Positions 23,185-33,197 of a DNA stretch of 53,428 nt are shown here, piece by piece. Made by a program: the position numbers and the translations under genes. Where the stretch lies: positions 1 to 53,428 of IMG/VR virus record IMGVR_UViG_3300031857_000258. One strand, written 5' to 3'. The notes below the pieces were generated by a model, which was given only the letters and a program-made list of their open reading frames with translations, was not told where the DNA came from and ran no database searches. Each line of letters opens with the position of its first letter. The stretch's first letter is position 1. This stretch comes from a virus. Taxonomy: Duplodnaviria; Caudoviricetes.

Positions 23185-24682
23185 TTTTTAATCCTATCTT
23201 ATAGAGTTTATAAGTGAACTTCTCCTCATTATATATCTTAGTTCGTTCTACGAAATGTTTGAGAGTGAAGTTCATATAACCCTTATAACGTAAGTCATCT
23301 GCTATGTCGTAAAGAACCGCTTCGACCTTGTTGTCACCGATTCGTAAACCACGTCCAATAGATTGGAGATTTCGAACTCTTGATTTGGATGGAGATGCGA
23401 ATATAATATTATGGAGATTCCTAATATTAATTCCAGTACTAAAGGTACCATAACTAGCCACAATAATAGCGTCATTTTCTTCCTCGGTGATCTGTCTAAC
23501 TTCTTCTCTTGTTTCTGTGTCGGTTTTACCGTAAACAAAGAAGACCTTCCTATTACCAATCTTCTCGGTATTAGTTATCATATCATACAATATTTTGCCA
23601 TGTTTGTCAACATATTGGTATAAAATTAGAGAGTTTCCATTCAAAGATACCGCAAGATTTTTGATAAATTTATTTCTGGCTTCATTCAGAATTAGATATT
23701 CAATTTCTTCTTGATAGGTTTTACCTTTCATCAACTTACATATTTCATCTTCATGTTTTAGAACCAAACATTTGATTGAAAAGTCTGCAATCTGCTTGTT
23801 GTCCATCAATTCTTTGGTTGTTGTTACCTTTTCAACGGGTCCAAAAAGACCCTCAAGTACCAGTTTGTGTGTCTTAGTTCCATCAAGTGTACCAGTTAGA
23901 CCAATACGGTACTTTGCGTTGATGCAGTTTGACATAATGGAAACAAGAGACTGTGCTTTGAATAGATGTGCTTCATCACCAATTATAAAATCGAATTGGT
24001 GGAAATATTCTTCAGGTTGTGTATACAGAGATTGCCATGTGGAGATGGTAAGCGGGAGTTCTGTGTTCTTGTCTCTACCCTGATAGATTCTGTGTACATT
24101 CTCTTGTACTTCCCAATCATTTTTGCTTGAGTAATCTGCAAAGTCCGAATAGAGTTGTTCGACAAGTGATGTGGTCGGAACAATAATCAGACCTTTCTTA
24201 CACTTGTACGTGAGTAGCTGACGCACTGCAAGGTAAATGATTAGAGATTTACCCGAGGATGTTGGTGAGAGTAGAAGACACCGTTTATTACGCATAGCAT
24301 GTACGTATGCATTCTTTTGGTAATCTCTTACATCTATATCATTATTTCTTGACTGCAACTTCAAATCTGTGATAAACTTATCTGCATGATACACAGAATA
24401 ATCATCAGTCAAATCAGGCCTTGGATCACCATACTCCAAAACATATTCACGTTCTTCACAAAAGTTTTCAATATAAGGAAGAAGACCGTGATAAACCTGA
24501 AACGTTCTAAGGTCAAACAGCCTTATTTTACCGTCCCAAATTTTATTGCGAAATGCTGGAGTGAATTGGTGTCCAGGTACATAGAAGGTAAAAAACTCAG
24601 ACAGTTCTTGTGCTGTCGAGCGTTCACAATTTACTTTAACATACGCTTCGTTTCGTTTCGTTACTATTAGTTTAGTTTCCAC
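23156..24682 (-). CDS. uvsW: UvsW RNA-DNA/DNA helicase
   Basis: SPTSSGKS, DEAH, TGT, QSIGRGLR; likely GTG start at 24682. Confidence 0.95.
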   Translation of the reverse strand: METKLIVTKRNEAYVKVNCERSTAQELSEFFTFYVPGHQFTPAFRNKIWDGKIRLFDLRTFQVYHGLLPYIENFCEEREYVLEYGDPRPDLTDDYSVYHADKFITDLKLQSRNNDIDVRDYQKNAYVHAMRNKRCLLLSPTSSGKSLIIYLAVRQLLTYKCKKGLIIVPTTSLVEQLYSDFADYSSKNDWEVQENVHRIYQGRDKNTELPLTISTWQSLYTQPEEYFHQFDFIIGDEAHLFKAQSLVSIMSNCINAKYRIGLTGTLDGTKTHKLVLEGLFGPVEKVTTTKELMDNKQIADFSIKCLVLKHEDEICKLMKGKTYQEEIEYLILNEARNKFIKNLAVSLNGNSLILYQYVDKHGKILYDMITNTEKIGNRKVFFVYGKTDTETREEVRQITEEENDAIIVASYGTFSTGINIRNLHNIIFASPSKSRVRNLQSIGRGLRIGDNKVEAVLYDIADDLRYKGYMNFTLKHFVERTKIYNEEKFTYKLYKIGLKNGNNKIITP

Positions 24683-25124
24683 CGATGAATCTTTCCCATG
24701 CAATATAGTCTTTCAGTTGGAAAGTCCTACTCTTTAGTTCTTGCATGATTGATTCACACACAGCAATTGCTTCATCGTGATACATTTTCTTTTCCAACAA
24801 CCGAATAAGTTCAGTGTCAGATTCCATGTAACGTTCAACACCCTGTTTAGTTTTCACATTCAAGAGGAAGGGTTCCCAACCATATTCTTCTAGTTCTTCT
24901 TGTGATAGAGAACCGTTATAATATTCTTCTTTGATTCTACGCATACGTGCATAGTCAAAGTTCACACGCTTCATTGAAAGCCTGTGATTCACAAGAATCT
25001 TTAGATACTTATTATGTAGTGTGGGTATTTTTAGAAGTTCTTTTCCAGGTTCCGTGGAATCAATTACGGAATCTTTTTCCCATTCTTTCAATATTTCTTC
25101 AAGTTTGCTCATTATAATCTCCAT
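24672..25124 (-). CDS. uvsY: UvsY recombination mediator
   Basis: WEKDSVID, IPTLHNKY, RTFQLKDYIAWERFIGG. Confidence 0.9.
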   Translation of the reverse strand: MEIIMSKLEEILKEWEKDSVIDSTEPGKELLKIPTLHNKYLKILVNHRLSMKRVNFDYARMRRIKEEYYNGSLSQEELEEYGWEPFLLNVKTKQGVERYMESDTELIRLLEKKMYHDEAIAVCESIMQELKSRTFQLKDYIAWERFIGGN

Positions 25125-25141
25125 TGCAAAATTATATTATA

Positions 25142-25639
25142 TCACGAAAGTTTTTCTAAGTCAAACCAATCATACCTAAATGTTGCAGTTGCAAAAACAT
25201 GTTCGTCTGCTGATAAAGTGGTATCAAACTCCAAGTCACTCAGTGAAAGTGGGAAAATATTATTAAGTTTGATTCTAAATTTTGGATTGTTTAAATTCGA
25301 CATTACGGTAAGTATGGCTTGTTTTTTACTCCCCTGTCTTCTGGTATAACTATCGCTAACGGAAGAAAGATCAACCATCCATTTATATATTGACAACCAT
25401 GACGACAGGTCTTCATTCACCATGAATGTAATGTCGAATGTATTGTATTCAATCTTTGTACCAGAGTGGTACAAATCTAAGTTTGGTGTTGATTGTACTG
25501 CTGTACCCAATGAAACTCCAGGAATATTTGCTTTCTGACAAAAATAAATTGTTTCAGAAATTTCTGGAAAGGTAACCAAATATTTCGTTGGCTGTAATAA
25601 ATTGGTTGTACTTGGATGAGATGCAATTGCTCCACTCAT
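25142..25639 (-). CDS. gp3: Tail tube terminator gp3
   Basis: YFCQKANIPGVSLG, F.VNEDL, FPLSLSDLEFD; synteny after gp23. Confidence 0.85.
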   Translation of the reverse strand: MSGAIASHPSTTNLLQPTKYLVTFPEISETIYFCQKANIPGVSLGTAVQSTPNLDLYHSGTKIEYNTFDITFMVNEDLSSWLSIYKWMVDLSSVSDSYTRRQGSKKQAILTVMSNLNNPKFRIKLNNIFPLSLSDLEFDTTLSADEHVFATATFRYDWFDLEKLS

Positions 25640-25673
25640 AATGTCTCCTTGATAACATCTATTATTTAGGAAT

Positions 25674-25704
25674 AAAAAAAGAGGAGCATTTCTGCTCCTC
25701 TTTT
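25674..25704. terminator. Intrinsic terminator after gp23 (bidirectional geometry)
   Basis: A7-GAGGAGCA-TTTC-TGCTCCTC-T4. Confidence 0.85.
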
Positions 25705-25741
25705 AAAGTACCACTCTACGGTGGCTTATTTTACTTGAGAA

Positions 25742-27094
25742 TTACATCAAGTTAGCAACACGGAAAATACGGTAGTAGGTGTTGCGCTTAGAGTACAACT
25801 GACCTAGGTCAGCGTTAGCACCACCAGCAAATGGGTTTGCAACCATGCCGTAACGTGTCTTGAAACCAATCTTTGGTTGGAATGTGTACTGGTCAACTGC
25901 ACGAACCATTTGTAGAGGAACGTATGGGCAGTAGAATAGACCAGCGTCATAAGGAGAAGAACCCTTATAACCAATTGTTACCAATTCTTGGTTAGCTGTG
26001 TAACCACCGAAGTATGGGTCAATATAGACCTTGATACGACCGTGGAGCAAGCCAGCAAATGTGTTACCAGTGTCATCAACTTGCAAGTCAGTAGACAATG
26101 CAGGAGTGTACTGTAGAACACCAGCCATAGCCATAGCGGAAGCAACGTCAGATGATACGATCATCACGTTGCCCTTACCTCTACGAGTTTCTTTGGCAAT
26201 AACGTTAGCATCACGTTCAACTTGGAAGATCAAACCTTTGAAACGCTCAACAGACCAACGACCGTTAGAGTCAGTGTCCAAGTCGAATGTACCAGCAGTT
26301 GTTGTACCATACTGAGCACCGTTCTTAGCAACAGTGTAGATTGTACGGATAACTTCACGGTTAATTTCAGCTAGAATTTCTGTAGACAGAATGTTGGACA
26401 ATTCTGTTTCAGCGTCAAGACCGTGGATTGCTTTCAAGTCTTGTGCAAGTTCTAGTGAGTATTCAGCTTTCAACGCACGGCTTTGAGCGGTAACAGTAAC
26501 CTTCTCGATAGAGAAAGCCATTTGACCAAAAGCTGTGTTTGAATCAGAACCCAAGTATTCAGCAGTAGCCGTTGGCATGCCGATACCGGTTGTGAATGTG
26601 TTAGCTGTTGTGAAACCGTTACCAACTGGGTTGGTCAATGTGTCACCAGTAGTGTTGTTAGCGAAACCGAAACGGTTAGTGTCGGAACCAATACCAGAGA
26701 ACTTGGTATTAGCTTCGTTGTAGAACGCTTCTTGGCCAGCGGCTGTATTGTCTTGACCATACTTGGCACGCATTGCAAAAATCAAACCTGTTGGTCCTGT
26801 CATTGGCTGAACGCCAGCAACATCATACGCAATTAGGTTAGGTAATGCACGGCGAACCAATGAGATCAAGATTGGGTCAAAGTTTTGAACACCAGCGCCA
26901 GTAGCCATAGATGGACCAGGGGCGGCAGCTTCGTTCAACATACCCATTTGGGCACGATCAGACGCCATAGCTTGAGATTGGTTTTCAAGGACCATGGCTG
27001 TAACAGCCTTCTTATATGGATCCTTAATAGCTTCTAATTCTGGGTGCTCCAGAACTGGTTGCCATTTTTGCTTTAGTTCTTCAGATAGTAACAT
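25742..27094 (-). CDS. gp23: Major capsid protein gp23
   Basis: GVQPMTGPTGLIFAMR, ELAQDLKAIHGLDAE, FQPKIGFKTRYG. Confidence 0.98.
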   Translation of the reverse strand: MLLSEELKQKWQPVLEHPELEAIKDPYKKAVTAMVLENQSQAMASDRAQMGMLNEAAAPGPSMATGAGVQNFDPILISLVRRALPNLIAYDVAGVQPMTGPTGLIFAMRAKYGQDNTAAGQEAFYNEANTKFSGIGSDTNRFGFANNTTGDTLTNPVGNGFTTANTFTTGIGMPTATAEYLGSDSNTAFGQMAFSIEKVTVTAQSRALKAEYSLELAQDLKAIHGLDAETELSNILSTEILAEINREVIRTIYTVAKNGAQYGTTTAGTFDLDTDSNGRWSVERFKGLIFQVERDANVIAKETRRGKGNVMIVSSDVASAMAMAGVLQYTPALSTDLQVDDTGNTFAGLLHGRIKVYIDPYFGGYTANQELVTIGYKGSSPYDAGLFYCPYVPLQMVRAVDQYTFQPKIGFKTRYGMVANPFAGGANADLGQLYSKRNTYYRIFRVANLM

Positions 27095-27126
27095 TTAAGT
27101 AACTCCTATGTTTTTAAATTATGTGC

Positions 27127-28332
27127 TTATTTTTGCACAGATTTTGAGATTGAATTTACAGCGGCGTTGATTAGAGGATCAGAAGATGCTTTTGATGGCT
27201 TGTCTTCCGGTACTTCTACACCTTCTTCTAGGGCAGATTTCTCACCAGCTTTAACATTAGAAGGAGCATACGCTTCTTTCAATGTGTTAACTTTTTCGGT
27301 GAATTCTTCCTCAGTCGTGAACTCAACACTCTCTGCGAGTGACTTAAGTTTTTCTACCTGAGTCTGCGTTAGGCCTTCGCAAACTGCTTGCACAGCCTGT
27401 ACTTTCTTATGTTCATTGATTTCTTTTTTGAATTCAATAGAACGGGAAATTTCTTCGTTCAATTTAGCTTCTAGTTCTTCAACTTTATCAGCCATTTCTT
27501 GAACAACATCAACTTTTTCTTCTGGAATGTCGATGTAGTGTTCTGCGAATAGATTCTTTAGACCACCAATAAAGTCTTCTACGATTTCAGCACGTAGGCC
27601 AGACTCAATAGCTAGTTCATTTTCTTTCATCCATTCTTCTACCATGTAATTTAGGTAGTCATCGATCTTAGCGGCAAAGTCTTCTTTGAGTTCTTCAACT
27701 GCTTGTTCGAATTGTTCGTGAAGTTGTGCTTCCACTTCTTCTGCAATTTCTTCTACACGTGACATAACGGCAGCTTCGAAAATTGTAGTAGCTTTAGAAA
27801 CGAATTCTTCTGATAGGTCTTCACCTTGAAGCAATGCATCAATGTCTTCTTTTAGACCTTTTTTAGCCATCATTTTTTTCATCATGGCTTTATCTTTCTT
27901 TTCGTCTTCATGGTCTTCTTTGTCTTCAGCTTCGGCAACCACTTCGCCATCTAATTCTTCATCTTCGTTCTTTTGACCGTAAGATTGGAATGTAGCACCT
28001 TTATTTTTTTCCATTTTTTGAGTACCAGGTTTACCTTCAGGTGCTTCAACAGAACCTTGTTCAGCAGGTTGACCGGTAACTTTTTTCATTGGCTCTGAAC
28101 CTACTGGAGGTGTAGCGCCTGGTGGTGTAGCTGTAGCAACACCTTTAGTGGCATCTGGACCACCATCTGTTGTCTTGGTAACTTCTGTACCAATATCACC
28201 GACTTCTTTTTGGCCTGCAACTACGGATGTAGGCAGTCTAGAAGGACCGTCTGTACGTTTTGACATAGCGCCGGAAACACTCTTGTTTAGAATATCAGCG
28301 GCAGCTTCAGATAAATTAAATTTCTTAACCAT
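27127..28332 (-). CDS. gp22: Prohead core scaffold gp22
   Basis: Acidic coiled coil, IDDYLNYMVEEWMKENELAIESGLR; synteny. Confidence 0.92.
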   Translation of the reverse strand: MVKKFNLSEAAADILNKSVSGAMSKRTDGPSRLPTSVVAGQKEVGDIGTEVTKTTDGGPDATKGVATATPPGATPPVGSEPMKKVTGQPAEQGSVEAPEGKPGTQKMEKNKGATFQSYGQKNEDEELDGEVVAEAEDKEDHEDEKKDKAMMKKMMAKKGLKEDIDALLQGEDLSEEFVSKATTIFEAAVMSRVEEIAEEVEAQLHEQFEQAVEELKEDFAAKIDDYLNYMVEEWMKENELAIESGLRAEIVEDFIGGLKNLFAEHYIDIPEEKVDVVQEMADKVEELEAKLNEEISRSIEFKKEINEHKKVQAVQAVCEGLTQTQVEKLKSLAESVEFTTEEEFTEKVNTLKEAYAPSNVKAGEKSALEEGVEVPEDKPSKASSDPLINAAVNSISKSVQK

Positions 28333-28361
28333 TTAAAACTCTCCTTGGTTTTGTATGTGGA

Positions 28362-28369
28362 TATTTATA
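28362..28369 (-). promoter_or_regulatory. T4-type late promoter
   Basis: TATAAATA upstream of gp22; variants at 25663, 33192, 34983, 40473, 52084. Confidence 0.75.
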
Positions 28370-28372
28370 ATA

Positions 28373-29017
28373 TTATAGTTTTCTAAGGAAGTTTTCAAAG
28401 ATTTGTAAACTTACTTGTTCGATTTCTTTACGTGAAGCCTTACGAACTTGTTGTATCGCTTCTTCAAGATGAACTTCGGTCCACTTACCATCTACTAACA
28501 TCCATTCTTTGCCCTCCATAATTCCCTGTACAAAAGCACCAGGTGCAGAAGGATCGGCCACAATATCTGCCGCTGTGGCGAGATAGAAATCGGGTTGCAC
28601 AACGTTCACACCGTTGACCATCTTTAAAGAACCCATACCTCTAGAAGACACACCTAATTGTGCGCCGCCTTCGATAAGGCTTCTTGCGATGTTACCCATG
28701 GGTGTATCAAGTATCTTTGCTTTACCAATCCACTGGTTACCGTCTTCACGGAGACCAACAATCATGTGAGACACACGATCCAAGTTGATTGATGGTGTGT
28801 CGGGATGTCCCAACTCACCAAAAGCACGATGCTTATTGATATAATCTTCGGTGTATCTGTGAACTTCTTTACGTAGTGTATTGAATTCGTAGATACGACC
28901 GTTTTTGTTTTTCTTTTCGGCAACAAGGAATGGACCTTCAATATGAAGGACTTTTTTACCGTCAGCTTCTTCGGTTAAATAACTAACCGTTTCGGTAATC
29001 TCTTTAATAAGTTTCAT
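28373..29017 (-). CDS. gp21: Prohead protease gp21
   Basis: NKNGRIY, GELGHP, GVSSRGMGS, DIVADPSAPGAFV. Confidence 0.95.
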   Translation of the reverse strand: MKLIKEITETVSYLTEEADGKKVLHIEGPFLVAEKKNKNGRIYEFNTLRKEVHRYTEDYINKHRAFGELGHPDTPSINLDRVSHMIVGLREDGNQWIGKAKILDTPMGNIARSLIEGGAQLGVSSRGMGSLKMVNGVNVVQPDFYLATAADIVADPSAPGAFVQGIMEGKEWMLVDGKWTEVHLEEAIQQVRKASRKEIEQVSLQIFENFLRKL

Positions 29018-29424
29018 CTTACACCCATTGCCTTTCGTTTTCTTAACGATATTTTTCTTTTCCGTAAGATTTGATTCTTCTTACTTCTAAGTTTAATTTT
29101 AGCCCTACGTGCCCCCATCTTACGATGGCGGCGTTCTTGTGCAGACATTCTTACGAGTTTGCCTCCACGTATCGTATATCCTGGTACTGAGGAGAATTTC
29201 TTCCTTCTTTGTACCTTACCGGCACGTATTCTTATACGTACCAGTTTTGTTCTTCCCATCTTCTGAACATTGGCTTCTGTTAAACCCAATTTTTCAGATT
29301 CTTCTTTAACTATACGTTCTTTTATTATTTCTAATTTATGTTCGAATAGTTCTTTAATTCTTTCGTCTATTAACTTTCTGGCTTCCTCTAGGTTACCAGA
29401 AAGAAAACAAGCAATCAGTGACAT
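29014..29424 (-). CDS. Prohead core protein (gp68-like, basic C-terminus)
   Basis: Arg/Lys-rich C-term ending SLRKRKAMG; directly upstream of gp21. Confidence 0.7.
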   Translation of the reverse strand: MSLIACFLSGNLEEARKLIDERIKELFEHKLEIIKERIVKEESEKLGLTEANVQKMGRTKLVRIRIRAGKVQRRKKFSSVPGYTIRGGKLVRMSAQERRHRKMGARRAKIKLRSKKNQILRKRKISLRKRKAMGVR

Positions 29425-29960
29425 TATGGTCTCAGACCGTATCCAGCACCATAGTTGAATGCCGCTGGATCATTAAATTGACCACGTTGGTAATAAGCGT
29501 TATCTTTACGTAGTTCTAAAATAATTGTATAACTGTCTCCGTTACCCATACCACGTGTAGTGATACCAATATTGCCGTTTGAACCAGCCGCACCAGCGGT
29601 TGGATTTGGAATTGTAATCCAGTTACCTGCACCATCATACTCACCGTTACCGTTCATAAAGAACGCTGTGTTTGATGCTGTTGCTGTCCAATATAATTCA
29701 ACATCAGAATTTGCAGTTCCGGAGCAATCATACCATAAACGATTAATTGCTAAGCCGTAATATGGAAGTGTTGTGTTAGCGGAACCACCTTGTGTGTTTG
29801 CAACAAGGAATCCGTTAGTAGCTAATGCACCAGACAGTGTGTTAGCAACGATACGTGCAGTGTTTGTTTCTTGACCTGTACCATCGAACTTAGCTGTCAG
29901 TTTAATAACTGCGTGTTGTGTATCGTCTTTTAATACGTTAATTCCATATACGTTTGCCAT
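29424..29960 (-). CDS. Hypothetical virion protein
   Basis: 178-aa ORF within head module, DSYTIILELRK. Confidence 0.7.
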   Translation of the reverse strand: MANVYGINVLKDDTQHAVIKLTAKFDGTGQETNTARIVANTLSGALATNGFLVANTQGGSANTTLPYYGLAINRLWYDCSGTANSDVELYWTATASNTAFFMNGNGEYDGAGNWITIPNPTAGAAGSNGNIGITTRGMGNGDSYTIILELRKDNAYYQRGQFNDPAAFNYGAGYGLRP

Positions 29961-29962
29961 TT

Positions 29963-30673
29963 TTATTCCTTAGAAAACTTTGCGATAGTTTGAAAATGTT
30001 TTGCACTTGCTTCAAGCATATCTTGCATTTTTGCCTTGTTTGCCTCATTAATCTTTTTGTATAACTCCATCATTTCTTTTGCCATCTGTGGAGTTACTTC
30101 AGTAGTTGAACCATCAGAGTGTTCTACTACCATATTTTTCTTGCTCTCATTTACTTTCTTGATTTTGTCCAAAACAGTTTCTTCTGTAACAGATGACCAT
30201 TGCATATTTTCATATGGTACAGTTACATATTTATTAATTTTATCCACATAATATAGTGCAACTCTTTGGCCATTAGGAAACTGTCGAATGGATTTTCTAC
30301 GCATAATGAGAACGGCAGGTGGATCTAATTCCTGTGACATAGAAGTTTTACCTTCCATCACCGGACTAGATGTTGCCATCAAAGCACGTTTATCTTTTAA
30401 CTTATTCAGAACTGGGTCGTGAGAATGTATCTCCTGACCGGAAGCATGTAGTCTTTGCACATCATTCAATGTTTCCACAACAGATGCCAGATATTCTGGA
30501 TGATGTGCATGAAACAGTATGTGTGCGGCATAATCACCTAGGTCAACAACACCACGTTTTTGAATGTCTAAGTGATGGTGTAATTCTGTCGGCGACAGAA
30601 CACCATCTCCATTTTCGTCAGGAGAACCATCTTCTTTTATTTCCTTCTGAAGAAAATCTTTTAGGCTTTTCAT
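29963..30673 (-). CDS. Putative internal head protein with EF-hand pair
   Basis: MKSLKDFL..EIKE leader resembling T4 capsid-targeting sequence; DENGDGVLSPTE loop. Confidence 0.6.
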   Translation of the reverse strand: MKSLKDFLQKEIKEDGSPDENGDGVLSPTELHHHLDIQKRGVVDLGDYAAHILFHAHHPEYLASVVETLNDVQRLHASGQEIHSHDPVLNKLKDKRALMATSSPVMEGKTSMSQELDPPAVLIMRRKSIRQFPNGQRVALYYVDKINKYVTVPYENMQWSSVTEETVLDKIKKVNESKKNMVVEHSDGSTTEVTPQMAKEMMELYKKINEANKAKMQDMLEASAKHFQTIAKFSKE

Positions 30674-30861
30674 TATTCCGTTTCGGTTGCGGGTTGATGT
30701 TGTGCAATTAAATTTTGTGCGATAACTTGTTTTTTCTGCTCAATAGTGGCAAAAATTCTATCGTTGATTTCATTATACAATGCATCACGCATTTGTGTGG
30801 CGTTATCAGTAAACGCATTATCAACTACTGCTCTAAGATTGTCGTTCATATTATTCTCCAT
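30673..30861 (-). CDS. Small prohead core protein (gp67-like)
   Basis: 62 aa immediately after portal gene. Confidence 0.65.
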   Translation of the reverse strand: MENNMNDNLRAVVDNAFTDNATQMRDALYNEINDRIFATIEQKKQVIAQNLIAQHQPATETE

Positions 30862-30872
30862 TAAACATAAAA

Positions 30873-30880
30873 TATTTATA
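30873..30880 (-). promoter_or_regulatory. T4-type late promoter
   Basis: TATAAATA overlapping gp20 stop. Confidence 0.7.
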
Positions 30881-32570
30881 ACACTCTTTGAAGCATACGC
30901 ATCGTTGGAGTGTAATCATTGTTCAGGCTTAAATCGCCTTTAGGTGTTTGTGCAGTATCTTGTGGTGTTGGATTTGCGGCAGGCACTGGTGCACCAGTGC
31001 CACCACCTGCTCCCGCACCGCCTGCACCGTCAGGATTCATCAACTCTTGTTGACCTTGTTGTGCAATCTGCATTGGGTCCATAATTAGACCGGCAGCTTT
31101 TTCTTTATCAATTTGTTTCTGCATTTCTTTAATGTCATCGTCAGATAGACGTAGAACATTACGTTGAATCCATTCCATAGAATAGTAACGACCAACATAT
31201 GGATCAACTGAACCAAGAAGTGATAGACGTTCACGTACCAATTCCGCATCTTTGAGTTCGGCAAAATTATTGTCTTTTAAGAAATCGTAATAAATGTTTT
31301 CTTTGAACTCATCGAATTCTTCTGATGTACAAATACCTTTTAGTACGCATTGAACTCTGAGTGCTTGGTCAAAAATCTCTGAGAACTTTTGGCGTTGACG
31401 GTCAACAAACTTTGAGAACTTAACTTCGTCACGTGAAATTTCACCCACACGACCTAAAGAGAAACCAGAACTTTCTGGATTCAAACGTGAAACTGGAACG
31501 TTGAGGGACTTGTATAGTTTTCTTTCAAAATACTTTACGTCTTCAAGTTCACCCAAGTTTTGTCCACCTGGTAGTGTAGTGATTTCGGTACCTTTACCAC
31601 CTTCACGGCGAGGTAACCAAAAGTCTTCCATCATAGAAAGGAATTTACGGTCATCACGTACTTCACCGGTCTGTGCATCATACACCAACTTGTTTTTGTA
31701 CTTGACCATAATGTCACGGAGATATTGTTCTGCTTTTAACTTTGGTAAATTACCAACGTCAATGTAAAAAATTCTACGTTCTGGCGCACGTGAGATACGG
31801 TAGATAACCGTTGCATCTTCAATCATGCGTAGTTGGTTCAGAGGCTTAATCGCTTTGTGTAAGTATGATAGAACAACTGCTCGGCGAGAGTCCATTAAAC
31901 CCGAGTTGACGTTAATGATTGCGTCTTTAGCAATACGTGTGCCAACTGGACCGTAGCTAGAAGAAGAACCAGATACAACTTTATCGTTGTAGATATAATA
32001 TTCATTGACTGTTTGTACTACGTCAACGGATGTGCCTGTATCTTTTTCTTTTTTAATCTCACGTATCTTACGAATCTTACGTGGGTCAATATATCTGAGT
32101 GCTTTAATACCCTGTGTAGGGTTCTGATCGTCAATGATTACATGATAAAATATTCTACCGTCAACATAGAATCTACGGAAAGTATCTGTAGCCATGTTTT
32201 GGTAATTTAACAATCTGAGAACTATATTAAATTCTTCTTCGATTGCTTTCTTAATTTTATCTGGTTGTTTCAAGTCGTCCATAATAATACGAATTGATTT
32301 TCCATCATCGTTTTGAACGATTGCTTCGTTGATAATATCATCGATAGCAGATTCAATTTCTGGTTGCATCGCCATCTCACGATAACGGGAAATCAACTCA
32401 ACTTCATTTTTGGCAGTACCATCCAAGTCCACATATGTGCCGTAATAAGCGGCAGAGGAAATGGTTAAAGCACCATCTTCATTTGAAGGTGGTGCAAAGG
32501 TTTTCTCCGACTGCTGTTCAACATCAACCTTTTGTCTGGAGATTTGAAAACCGAAAAGATTTAGTGCCAT
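30876..32570 (-). CDS. gp20: Portal protein gp20
   Basis: RAPERRIFYIDVGNLPK, EDFWLPRREGGKGTEITTLPGG. Confidence 0.97.
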   Translation of the reverse strand: MALNLFGFQISRQKVDVEQQSEKTFAPPSNEDGALTISSAAYYGTYVDLDGTAKNEVELISRYREMAMQPEIESAIDDIINEAIVQNDDGKSIRIIMDDLKQPDKIKKAIEEEFNIVLRLLNYQNMATDTFRRFYVDGRIFYHVIIDDQNPTQGIKALRYIDPRKIRKIREIKKEKDTGTSVDVVQTVNEYYIYNDKVVSGSSSSYGPVGTRIAKDAIINVNSGLMDSRRAVVLSYLHKAIKPLNQLRMIEDATVIYRISRAPERRIFYIDVGNLPKLKAEQYLRDIMVKYKNKLVYDAQTGEVRDDRKFLSMMEDFWLPRREGGKGTEITTLPGGQNLGELEDVKYFERKLYKSLNVPVSRLNPESSGFSLGRVGEISRDEVKFSKFVDRQRQKFSEIFDQALRVQCVLKGICTSEEFDEFKENIYYDFLKDNNFAELKDAELVRERLSLLGSVDPYVGRYYSMEWIQRNVLRLSDDDIKEMQKQIDKEKAAGLIMDPMQIAQQGQQELMNPDGAGGAGAGGGTGAPVPAANPTPQDTAQTPKGDLSLNNDYTPTMRMLQRVL

Positions 32571-32628
32571 ATTAGTTTAGTTCCAATTCAAGTAAACATG
32601 AAGGGGGAAATTAATCCCCCGTATATAA

Positions 32629-33171
32629 TTAAGATGTAGTGTCTGATTCCCACCACTGATATGCTAGAGTTGTTGTAAATTCTTCGATAGCATCGTTAGA
32701 ACCCCAATCTAGATCAATAGGTGACAAATCGACAGGGAAAGCACCAACAAACTTGTAACTCTTTATGATGTTACCAGCTTTGTCATATTGGTCAACTTTA
32801 GCATCAACAGAATAACCACTAGGGCTACCTGCTGTAACAGTACGCAAGTTACCACTATGTGAGTTGACACCATTCATCCACGATTCGAATGCTTTACGAA
32901 CCTTGAAGTTTTCATCGTTGATGATTGTAATTGTCCAGTCAGCAAAGTTTCTGTTTCCAGCAAACTTCAACTCACGACCAAAGTAATAAAGTGGAACAGT
33001 ACCAACAGTTGAACCTGGCAATTGAGCAGTCTTGCAAAGGAATGTTAGTGCTTGTCCAGAATTTACTGGGTCGTTAGCAAAGGTTGGGAAAGTCATTGTG
33101 ACTTGGAACAGGTTAGGACGAGCACCATCTCCGATGAGATTTGCACGAAACTCTGTTACGTTGAAAGCCAT
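32629..33171 (-). CDS. gp19: Tail tube protein gp19
   Basis: GARPNLF, GRELKFAGNR.F..WTITIIND, IEEFTTTLAYQWW. Confidence 0.95.
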   Translation of the reverse strand: MAFNVTEFRANLIGDGARPNLFQVTMTFPTFANDPVNSGQALTFLCKTAQLPGSTVGTVPLYYFGRELKFAGNRNFADWTITIINDENFKVRKAFESWMNGVNSHSGNLRTVTAGSPSGYSVDAKVDQYDKAGNIIKSYKFVGAFPVDLSPIDLDWGSNDAIEEFTTTLAYQWWESDTTS

Positions 33172-33197
33172 TGTTATCTCCTATTTCTTATTATTTA

